Origin: Candidatus Omnitrophota bacterium
GTDB taxonomy: Bacteria; Omnitrophota; Gorgyraeia; Tantalellales; Tantalellaceae
Length of the DNA stretch: 64,000 bases
Assembly (NCBI GenBank): GCA_015231405.1
Contig: JADGBR010000002.1
Span: 133,547-197,546, forward strand
Reading direction: 5' to 3'
The translations under genes and the position numbers were made by a program. This document shows positions 55,998-64,000 of this stretch, piece after piece. Within the stretch, counting starts at the first letter, position 1. Each line of letters starts with the position of its first letter. The notes below the pieces were generated by a model that did no database searches, was not told where the DNA came from, and saw nothing but the letters and a program-made list of their open reading frames with translations.

Positions 55998-56105
55998 CCG
56001 TCATTGCGAACCCCGCGAAAGCGGGGTGAAGCAATCCCATCGAGATTGCTTCGTCGCCTTCGGCTCCTCGCAATGACGGTCCAGGTTTTTCCTCGCAATG
56101 ACGGG
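55998..56105. repeat. CGTC-type palindrome with a duplicated right arm
   Basis: CCGTCATTGCGA..GAAGCAATC..GATTGCTTC..CTCGCAATGACGG plus a second CCTCGCAATGACGG. Confidence 0.88.
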
Positions 56106-56110
56106 CATCA

Positions 56111-57406
56111 TTATAATACTTTGGACAATGCCTGTTCTATGTCCGCGATTATGTCGTCGATGTGCTCTATCCCGATGGACAAACGTATAAAATCAGGGGT
56201 GACTCCAGTCGCTATCTGCTCTTCGGGCGAAAGCTGCTGGTGCGTGGTCGTTGCCGGATGTATCGCGAGGCTTTTCGCGTCGCCTACGTTGGCTAGATGC
56301 GATATAAGCTCCAACGAGTCGATGAATTTCTTACCGGCCTGGGCACCGCCTTTTATGCCGAAACCAAGAATAGCCCCGGAACCTTTCGGCAGGTATTTTT
56401 TCACCCTGTCTTTTTCCGGACTGTCTTCGAGTCCTGGATAATTGACCCAGCCGACCTTCGCGTGCTTTTTAAGATATTTCGCGGCGGCCAGAGCGTTCTC
56501 AGAATGTCTGGGAAGCCTGAGGTGAAGCGTTTCCAGACCCTGGATGAAAAGGAATGAGTTAAAAGGCGACACCGCCGGTCCAAGGTCCCTGAGCAATGTT
56601 ACCCTGGCTTTTATTATGTAAGCGATATTCCCCATCGGTTTAAGGGCTTTAACGAAATCTATACCGTGATAGCTCGGATCCGGGCCCGCTATTAACGGGA
56701 ACTTGCCGTTCTCCCAGTTGAATTTCCCGGAATCGACTATCACTCCACCTAAACTGGTGCCATGCCCGCCGATGAATTTAGTAGCGGAATAAACGATTAT
56801 GTCCACGCCATGATCGAAAGGCCTCAATATGTACGGAGAAACGGTGTTATCCAGAACGAACGGTATACCGTTCTTGTTCGCTATTTTTGAAATGCCTGCG
56901 AGGTCCGCCACATCTAGCTTCGGGTTCCCGATCGATTCGGCGTATATCGCCTTGGTTTTGGGTGTTATAGCTTTCTGGATAGCGTCCAGGTCATTGGATT
57001 TAACGAACTTCACATTTATCCCGAATTTGGGGAACGTATAGTGAAAAAGGTTATAGGTCCCGCCGTAAAGATTATCCGCGGATACTATCTCGTCGCCGCA
57101 CTGGGTTATATTGAGAAGCGCGAGTGTTATCGCCGACTGCCCGCTGGACACGGCTAAAGCTCCGACGCCGCCGTCAAGCGCGGCTATCCGCTTCTCAAAA
57201 ACATCGGTCGTGGGGTTCATTAAACGCGTGTATATGTTCCCGAACTCCTTCAATCCGAACAAATTCGCCGCGTGTTCGGTGCTTTTGAACTGATACGACG
57301 TCGTCTGATAAATAGGCACAGCTCGCGACCCCGTAGTCGGATCCGCCTCCTGCCCCCCATGCAACGCCAATGTCTCCACCCTCAACTTACTGTCTATCTT
57401 GCTCAT
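56111..57406 (-). CDS. metY: O-acetylhomoserine/O-acetylserine sulfhydrylase
   Basis: [39 protein letters not shown]. Confidence 0.94.
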   Translation of the reverse strand: MSKIDSKLRVETLALHGGQEADPTTGSRAVPIYQTTSYQFKSTEHAANLFGLKEFGNIYTRLMNPTTDVFEKRIAALDGGVGALAVSSGQSAITLALLNITQCGDEIVSADNLYGGTYNLFHYTFPKFGINVKFVKSNDLDAIQKAITPKTKAIYAESIGNPKLDVADLAGISKIANKNGIPFVLDNTVSPYILRPFDHGVDIIVYSATKFIGGHGTSLGGVIVDSGKFNWENGKFPLIAGPDPSYHGIDFVKALKPMGNIAYIIKARVTLLRDLGPAVSPFNSFLFIQGLETLHLRLPRHSENALAAAKYLKKHAKVGWVNYPGLEDSPEKDRVKKYLPKGSGAILGFGIKGGAQAGKKFIDSLELISHLANVGDAKSLAIHPATTTHQQLSPEEQIATGVTPDFIRLSIGIEHIDDIIADIEQALSKVL

Positions 57407-57459
57407 CTTAATTCTCCTTTTTTTTAATTACTAATTATATTATGAACTCTGCATCTCCC

Positions 57460-57552
57460 CGTCATTGCGAGCGAAGCGAAGCAATCCAAAATTGATTGCT
57501 TCGTCGCTGTCGCTCCTCGCAATGACGTCTTCGACCGCTACCCGCAATGACG
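57460..57552. repeat. CGTC-type palindrome with a partial duplicated right arm
   Basis: CGTCATTGCGAGCGAAGCGAAGCAATC..GATTGCTTCG..CTCGCAATGACG..CGCAATGACG. Confidence 0.88.
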
Positions 57553-57566
57553 CCCATTCCCCCCCC

Positions 57567-58007
57567 TTATATCGAATACGCCAACACCTGCCTATCCCTA
57601 TTCACTTCATTTACCAGATCCTCGAACGTCTCATTATCGACAATATCCGATTCGGCCTTCGCAACCTTTTTCCATATATTCCTGAACAGGCATTTTTTAA
57701 CATCTCCGCAATCGGAATATCCTTCCTTAACGCAAGCTATCGGCTCCAATGGGCCGTCTATATACCTTAATATATCTCCGACGCTGATCTTCGCCGGGGG
57801 CCTGGATAGAAGGTATCCACCTATATTACCCCTCTTGCTCAAGACAAATCCCCCTTTTCTAAGATCCAGGAGTACCTGTTCAAGGAACTTTATCGGCGCG
57901 TCTATACGGCTCGCTAACTGGTTACTTGTAACCAATTCTTTTTCGTAATTCAAAGCCAGATCCAAAACCGCTTTCAACGCGTAATCACCTTTATAAGTTA
58001 CCTTCAT
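57567..58007 (-). CDS. Rrf2-family transcriptional regulator (CymR/IscR-like)
   Basis: YALKAVLDLA, FLEQVL, SKRGNIGGY, three Cys (C-x7-C-x5-C). Confidence 0.93.
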   Translation of the reverse strand: MKVTYKGDYALKAVLDLALNYEKELVTSNQLASRIDAPIKFLEQVLLDLRKGGFVLSKRGNIGGYLLSRPPAKISVGDILRYIDGPLEPIACVKEGYSDCGDVKKCLFRNIWKKVAKAESDIVDNETFEDLVNEVNRDRQVLAYSI

Positions 58008-58020
58008 CTTTCTCCTCTTT

Positions 58021-58074
58021 ATCTAGTATTCCCATTGAATTAGTATAGTTTAGCAGGAAAAGGCGTTTTGTCAA
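58021..58074 (-). promoter_or_regulatory. Promoter and candidate Rrf2 operator
   Basis: TTGACA-16nt-TAAACT with an upstream TG, followed by ATACTAATTCAATGGGAATA. Confidence 0.55.
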
Positions 58075-58112
58075 GGAAAGTTATTAAATATATTTTGCAA
58101 GAAAGACTTAAA

Positions 58113-58190
58113 AGGGCACCCATAAAGGGTTCCCCTACGCCAGAACCCATGCCTGTCCTCCGAAGCCTTGGCGAAGGAGGGCCCCATGCC
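58113..58190. repeat. 78-bp composite repeat, copy A (GTAG-REP + CCCATG units + GCCTTGGCGAAG hairpin)
   Basis: 72/78 identical to 62706-62783 by hand alignment, same orientation. Confidence 0.93.
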
Positions 58191-58230
58191 TCGTTTCTAT
58201 CCGCCCACCGATCTCGGCCCCCAACCGCAA

Positions 58231-61200
58231 TTACGCGAATGTTACAAGTGAATACAACCGCCTAAGGTCCATGTAATCCATTGGGGCGGATTTTGGGGTG
58301 AAGAGGTAATTATTGCCTTTCGGGGTCATGGCTATGAGGCCGGTCAGGGCGAAGATCTCTTCTTCTGTTCGTATTTTAGCGGACAGTTCCAACGCGAGGC
58401 GGAATATCTCGGTCACGTACATATACGAATCTGGCGTAAGCTCGCCGCTCGCAATGCCGGCGATAAAGACGTTCTTATCGTCAGCTATGGATTTTATCTC
58501 CAGTGCCGGGCTTTCGGCTATGACCACGGTACGAATATCACCGTATTTTTCGCGCAAAGCTTTTAATTCCGCGTTAAGCCCGGGCTCATCGGCTTTATCC
58601 GTTACGATGAAGGGTATTCCCTTTTCGTCCGAATATTTTCTTAAGGCGGTGATAAGTATACTTATATCCATGGCCTGGGGATGTTCTTTCTTATCGTAGC
58701 CGGGGATCCAGCCGGTTGAGAATATGACAGCGGTCTTTATTTCTTTTTCGGACGATAGACACTTGATCATGTCCTTAGCGCCGGATACCGCTTGTGTTAT
58801 GGGCTCGGCGGCTAATTCCGACTGGATAGCGTCCTTCCTGTCCCGCCCTAGCGAGATTTTAATTTTCTCGATCATTTCGGAATACTCTTTTTTATCAAGC
58901 CACCCGTCAATATCCGGCTGTATCTTCGTCAATTCATCCAGAAGAAATTGAAAGTTTCTCATGCTGACCTTATCCGGATCTGAAGGGTTATCCTTCACAA
59001 AAAGACCGGCGATCGTAAAAAGCCTGTATATTTCAGGCCCACCCCAGCTATTTTTGCCACGCATGGCCCGGCACGCGTCTATTATGTGCTCGGCCTCCTC
59101 CACCCCAAGCAAAACAAGGTCCTTTTTCCTTGAAAGCACCTCCATAGCCTTGACCATAAGATAAGCTTCTCTTATCGCGTCTTTAATGGCCTTTTCCATG
59201 GACTCCCTTACAAATTCGATCTCGCCGGGATTGGCGCAAGCCGATATCTTTGAGATAAGCTTTTGGGGCAGATCCTCCGATTCGCCGACGGTGGGAAGGA
59301 CGAACGCTTTGCGCAAGGCTCCCTCATCATCCGCCAGCTCCAGTATACGGTCGTCGCTCATCGCGTCTACTTTACGGAATATCTCTTCTTTCCATGGGTG
59401 GTCGATCTCAAGGAATTTTCTGAGATAAGTGTAATAGATAATGTTCGACCTTGAAAGGAAATTGGCCATCCAGCCATTCTTCAATAGTTCGGCATTCCCG
59501 TCTCTCCTTGTTGACGGTGACATTTCAGGTTCATACTTGAACGCCGTGCCATCAACTTCCAACCTTTTACCGACGGCCGCTAAGAGGAACCTGCCCTGTC
59601 CCGCGATAGCCCTGACCTCGCCAAGCCTATCCTTGTATCTTTTGAAGGCGGCGATAGCTCCGTCGCTAAAGGCGTCGTAACGGACTTCCCTGACAAAGTC
59701 AGCGTAAGCGCCTCCCGAAATACTCCCCCAGCTCACCGAATAGAACTTTTCCAGATTGTCCCGCGTCGAAAAAAATTCCGATAGCGCCTCGCTCACGGAA
59801 AAGGCATTCTCTATCCTGGCCATTTTCTCCCTGATATTCACGAGAAGCCTGGACACCTTGGGACCGGAGGTATTGAGTATAGAGTCGAAACCCTCGACTA
59901 TCGCCGTCAATCCCATAATAACATCCGTTTCCAGTCCCATCATGCTGTGTTTATCGAACAATTTCCTACACGAAGGCGTGTTCCAAATATCGTCAGACCC
60001 GCCCGATTCCAGTGCTAGGCCTCCCCTTAATCCGTCATATATCTCAGAGGTCGAAATTAAAATATCCCACGCCCGGACGAGATCGAGAACGAACAGAAAA
60101 TATAGACCTTCCCGACTGGAATCGAGAACGCTTCTCTGCAATTCATCGTATACCTTAAAACGCGCTTCCATGGGACAATTCGTCCGGGCCATTATCTCTT
60201 TAAGTTTTTCATCCACGGTGATATCCGATCCGCCGGTATTTTCGCGAATATTCCCTATAAAACCCAGCAATGCAAATTTGAAAGAATTCCGGTCTTTGAG
60301 CCCTCCGGCTTCGGGGGCGGTATAGCTTTTATCAATTTTTTCCGTCAGAATCGCTACCCTTTCATTTACCTCGTTCTCGTCTATTACATCTTCCTGGACG
60401 GTAAAATACCCGTTCTCCCTGATAAAACCTATCATCCCCAGAAGGGCCTTGAGGCTCCGCATATCGCCCGGATGTCCCGACATGGCCAATACGTCTCCAA
60501 GCGCCAGCATTATGTAAATGCGGTTCGGACGGATGAATAAATGTTTTTCCAGTTTGAATATATTGAACGCGTCCTCCGGGGTCACAAGCTGGAGGTCCTT
60601 ATCCTGCGACATTAGATATAAGGCCCGGAACAGAATATACGCCGATCGGACCCTGTTCCGGGCGCCTTTGATCCCGATATCGGACATTAATCGTTTGATA
60701 TCGCCGGGAGTTTCTACCGCGTCAAGGATATTTTGCCGTATCATGGGACCGAGGCCTATATCCATAGTACCGGGAAGGACCAAGAGTTCTCTAAGAGTCA
60801 GACATTGTCCTTTCAGGAAGTGCACCACGATATCGTTGTTCAGCCCGCGATAATCGTTATATTTCCCCGGCACCATGTTTATTAGCGAGTTTACTTCGGA
60901 CATCACCTGCTTGTAAGACAATTTATCCACCGAATCGAATACCGTTTTTTTGAGGGGATGGTCCTCACTCAGGAACGCCGAAACATACCTCCATTCCGGC
61001 GAATATTCCTCGAGACCCTCTACTCCTATTTCTCTCACCTCTTTAGGAAATAGATAGAACCCTCTCAAAAGGACATGCCTCACTAAAGGATTGAACATGG
61101 TATCGTTTTTTCTGTCGAAATACGGAGAACTAACAGGCGTATTAGCCGCGGCACCGTTATCCTCTCGCAGGCCAGGGCCATTTTCGCCTTCCCGTAACGT

Positions 61201-62685
61201 CAATTTGATAACTGAAGTTTCCATTCCTCTTTCCAGGGAAATGTCCCACCCCGCGCCAAGGCATATCTTTTTCAGGCTGGAAATATTCATCCCCTTGAAC
61301 CGGGTCATAATCAGATCTTCCGTCTCAAGCGGCCCGCGGATAAGAGCGGAAATAGTACAACCATTTTTACCCCCGCCATCGCCGGACTTCAAAGTTGATA
61401 CCTCGACACAAGTCCCTTTCAGGATAACGTTATTGACGATCGCGGAAATGATTGAAATAGCCTGAGCTGCCTTGGTATGCTCTATCCTGAGCTCTCCCAG
61501 GGTCTTATCCAGGGCTAAGGTTAATCTTCCCGTTTGCCCGCCCTGGCTCGGCCGGCGCGGTCCTTTCACGGCGACCACGCCGGCAATATCTTCTATCTCG
61601 GCGTTAATGTCCGAAACAGGGTAGTTAAGGTCCGAAAAATGCCTTCTAACTTGAACGAATTCCGCGAGATCCCTGATCTCACCGGCCACGGCTTCTACGT
61701 TAATCGGTTCTTTCAGCGTGATCTTAAAATAGTCCAGCTTCGTTATCAGTTTTTCCAATATACCGATAAAATAACCCGAGACCATGCGCTCCTCAATAAA
61801 AGTTGCCGCGTATTTATAGAAATCGCCCAAGCTATATTCCCTGTAGATATCCGATATTATCCCTGAAAGCCTCTTATCCTTGCCCGCGTCCACGCCGCTC
61901 ATATCCAACCTCGAGGAGAGAGCCATTAACCTTGAATAAATGTTGTAGTCCCCGTCTGGATAGAAGTCGTCTATATCTATTGTCTTTTTAATAGACGCCG
62001 ACGATACCGGCACCGATCCGATCTCAGTATCTATATCGGCGTAAACCCCATTATAGGGACCCAAACGTTCTTTCTCGTCATCTTCCAGTTCAAGTATTTG
62101 AGTGCCTTTCCATTCTCCGTCCTTATTAAAACAATAAATTATCCCGATACGTTCATTGGCGGAAGTAATATATGGCAGCCTGAACCCCGAGAGCCTGGCT
62201 TTACCCAGAATGTCCTCCCTATACCAGGGGGTCACTTCATCTATAAGATATCTTTCCAGGGATAAACCGCCGTCAGGACCCCTCTGCCGAAAATATTTTC
62301 TCAGAAGTGCCCGAAGTATACCAGCCGGATCCTCGATATCGTATAATTTTGATTTGACCAGGAACCGGCTTATCACCTGGCTGAGCTCCATGAAGGCCCA
62401 GCGGTACCTTATGGAGGGATACGGGGTGCGGCCGGCCCTTTCCTCTTCGTTCCGGGCGAGCTCGCCCGCCTCGACCTTGTCGCGCTCGGTGTTCCAGCGG
62501 TCGATCGCGGCCTGGTCGACGCTAACATCCCATTCGAGGGTATCAGGGTTAAAGAAAACGTTACAGATAGGCTTCGACGCCAGCGGCGGGGCCAGAGCGG
62601 CGCGCTCGGAGGCGTTCGCGCCGTACGCCGGTAGAACCAGCGTGACGGAGAGAATGATCGCGATGAATTTTTTAATATGTCCCAT
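58231..62685 (-). CDS. Large secreted multi-domain protein of unknown function (about 1484 aa)
   Basis: 4.45-kb ORF; signal peptide MGHIKKFIAIILSVTLVLPAYGA; internal duplicated domain; start at 62685 since the 62718 extension lies in the repeat. Confidence 0.85.
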   Translation of the reverse strand: MGHIKKFIAIILSVTLVLPAYGANASERAALAPPLASKPICNVFFNPDTLEWDVSVDQAAIDRWNTERDKVEAGELARNEEERAGRTPYPSIRYRWAFMELSQVISRFLVKSKLYDIEDPAGILRALLRKYFRQRGPDGGLSLERYLIDEVTPWYREDILGKARLSGFRLPYITSANERIGIIYCFNKDGEWKGTQILELEDDEKERLGPYNGVYADIDTEIGSVPVSSASIKKTIDIDDFYPDGDYNIYSRLMALSSRLDMSGVDAGKDKRLSGIISDIYREYSLGDFYKYAATFIEERMVSGYFIGILEKLITKLDYFKITLKEPINVEAVAGEIRDLAEFVQVRRHFSDLNYPVSDINAEIEDIAGVVAVKGPRRPSQGGQTGRLTLALDKTLGELRIEHTKAAQAISIISAIVNNVILKGTCVEVSTLKSGDGGGKNGCTISALIRGPLETEDLIMTRFKGMNISSLKKICLGAGWDISLERGMETSVIKLTLREGENGPGLREDNGAAANTPVSSPYFDRKNDTMFNPLVRHVLLRGFYLFPKEVREIGVEGLEEYSPEWRYVSAFLSEDHPLKKTVFDSVDKLSYKQVMSEVNSLINMVPGKYNDYRGLNNDIVVHFLKGQCLTLRELLVLPGTMDIGLGPMIRQNILDAVETPGDIKRLMSDIGIKGARNRVRSAYILFRALYLMSQDKDLQLVTPEDAFNIFKLEKHLFIRPNRIYIMLALGDVLAMSGHPGDMRSLKALLGMIGFIRENGYFTVQEDVIDENEVNERVAILTEKIDKSYTAPEAGGLKDRNSFKFALLGFIGNIRENTGGSDITVDEKLKEIMARTNCPMEARFKVYDELQRSVLDSSREGLYFLFVLDLVRAWDILISTSEIYDGLRGGLALESGGSDDIWNTPSCRKLFDKHSMMGLETDVIMGLTAIVEGFDSILNTSGPKVSRLLVNIREKMARIENAFSVSEALSEFFSTRDNLEKFYSVSWGSISGGAYADFVREVRYDAFSDGAIAAFKRYKDRLGEVRAIAGQGRFLLAAVGKRLEVDGTAFKYEPEMSPSTRRDGNAELLKNGWMANFLSRSNIIYYTYLRKFLEIDHPWKEEIFRKVDAMSDDRILELADDEGALRKAFVLPTVGESEDLPQKLISKISACANPGEIEFVRESMEKAIKDAIREAYLMVKAMEVLSRKKDLVLLGVEEAEHIIDACRAMRGKNSWGGPEIYRLFTIAGLFVKDNPSDPDKVSMRNFQFLLDELTKIQPDIDGWLDKKEYSEMIEKIKISLGRDRKDAIQSELAAEPITQAVSGAKDMIKCLSSEKEIKTAVIFSTGWIPGYDKKEHPQAMDISILITALRKYSDEKGIPFIVTDKADEPGLNAELKALREKYGDIRTVVIAESPALEIKSIADDKNVFIAGIASGELTPDSYMYVTEIFRLALELSAKIRTEEEIFALTGLIAMTPKGNNYLFTPKSAPMDYMDLRRLYSLVTFA

Positions 62686-62705
62686 TTTTGTTATCCGATA
62701 TTTCC

Positions 62706-62835
62706 AGGGCACCCACAAGGGGTGCCCCTACGCCGGAACCCATGCCTGCCCTCCGAAGCCTTGGCGAAGAAGGGCCCCATGCCCCACCTGTCCGCCGTAG
62801 CCTTGGCGAAGGCGGATGCCCCATGCCCCATGCCT
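62706..62835. repeat. 78-bp composite repeat, copy B, plus a second hairpin (62787-62816) and CCCCATG heptamers
   Basis: See copy A; ccccatg ccccatg cct next to the upstream gene's stop. Confidence 0.93.
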
Positions 62836-62839
62836 AGTT

Positions 62840-64000
62840 TTACAGCGACTCCTGAATTTTCCTATCCGCCAACCTGTACTCCTTGATCTCCGCCCCAAGC
62901 ATCCCCGGTATCGGGAGAATTATCGACCTTCCGTTGAACAATTCATTTAGGGGCATGTTCTCGAGATCTCCTCTCAGTTTCAGGGGATCTATGGCTCCCT
63001 CAGTCATCAGTCCCGCACATTTTATTACTTTTTCGATAATATCCTTTATCCTGGTTTCATCGTCTGACTTGTTCAGTTTCGAGTATATGTAATTCACGTA
63101 ATGCCGCGCGGCCAGCATCTGCCATGAAACGGGGAGGAAATCGCCCTCGAGGCCGACCATGTACGCCGCGCCGTCTATCTTATCCTTCGCGATATCGGAG
63201 AAGGCCCAGGTGAACACTATTTCATCTTTTTTACGGGCTTCGAGTAAACCTCGAAACTCGTCTAACCTCCGCATGTTATCCTCCGAACCGGTGCCGTCGT
63301 CGACGTAAATCACATATTTAACGTTATCGACCGGCTCGCATTCCATTAGCCCTCTTTCCTTAAGTATCTTTTTCCCGACCTTCCTGGATATGACCTCCCA
63401 TTCCCCGGCCAGCTGTTCCTCGAGAAGAGCGTCCACATCCTCACCATTATGGGCCTTGATCACAAGGCCTATCGTGCAGGGATTGGTCATGAGTGACGCT
63501 TTATCCCCGCCATTAGCTCCGGTAAACGTCTCGAGTATCGCCATTGATGTTCCAGTTACATACGCAGGCGGCATTCGATGTTCCTCTACCGGCGGATAAA
63601 TTATCTCTTCATTATCATAATCGGAATAGATAAGAAAACCATCGGGTCTGATCGATCCCAAAAGCCTTATCATAAAGTCGTTATTTTTGAGAAGATACTG
63701 GGTAGTCTCAGTCGGGCTCCCTCTTTCCCATTGCAAAGCGATATTTCTCAATAACGCTATATCCGTTTTTTTCTTAAAAATATTGTTCCACTGTTCTTTG
63801 TCCAGCAGGTCCCCGTAACCGTAGGTTATGACTGTCTTCCCGAAGCCGAACTTAGTCCCGTCAAAATACAGTTTATGCTCGGACATCGTTCCCGGGTCGA
63901 TATCAATAACATCTATCTCCAAACTCCACTCCGAAATGTTCTCTTCCAAAAAGTTCTTATTCATGACTTCCGCTATAAGCCTGGCGGCATCCTCTAATTC
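62840..64000 (-). CDS. C-terminal part of another large hypothetical protein with a degenerate SAM-methyltransferase-like segment; partial at window edge
   Basis: Frame stays open upstream of the 63964 ATG (ELEDAARLIAEV-M) to the window end. Confidence 0.8.
   Translation of the reverse strand, partial: ELEDAARLIAEVMNKNFLEENISEWSLEIDVIDIDPGTMSEHKLYFDGTKFGFGKTVITYGYGDLLDKEQWNNIFKKKTDIALLRNIALQWERGSPTETTQYLLKNNDFMIRLLGSIRPDGFLIYSDYDNEEIIYPPVEEHRMPPAYVTGTSMAILETFTGANGGDKASLMTNPCTIGLVIKAHNGEDVDALLEEQLAGEWEVISRKVGKKILKERGLMECEPVDNVKYVIYVDDGTGSEDNMRRLDEFRGLLEARKKDEIVFTWAFSDIAKDKIDGAAYMVGLEGDFLPVSWQMLAARHYVNYIYSKLNKSDDETRIKDIIEKVIKCAGLMTEGAIDPLKLRGDLENMPLNELFNGRSIILPIPGMLGAEIKEYRLADRKIQESL

Overview
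A 64-kb bacterial chromosomal window with about 57 genes, all on the minus strand except a partial diacylglycerol-kinase-family gene at the left edge. Left to right it holds: an accessory stretch (methyltransferase, relic REP-associated tyrosine transposase, large PocR/PAS histidine kinase, ORFans, a GT-C/GT2/methyltransferase trio); a complete MoxR-DUF58-BatABCDE operon with two extra members; metal and signalling genes (CusRS-like pair, GDT1, CbiMQO, CDF); ExbBD, AspC and TrpB2; a glycogen cluster built on three GH57 enzymes; housekeeping genes; an Rrf2-metY-cysK sulfur operon; and two large unannotatable multi-domain proteins. The large signal-peptide protein and the repeat types suggest a PVC-group/Omnitrophota-like organism, but that is weak inference. 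The most unusual signals are (1) a 78-bp composite repeat after each of the two large genes, bracketing the 1495-aa ORF like a cassette, (2) that protein's internal domain duplication and degenerate enzyme folds, (3) an unannotated rod-shaped intergenic element of about 167 nt at 29.7 kb, (4) several sequence-unrelated 7-bp tandem-repeat families, often as inverted pairs starting at stop codons, and (5) a parvulin-less foldase inside the Bat operon. No rRNA, tRNA or CRISPR array was seen. All calls are motif recognition and hand alignment; no database search was run.
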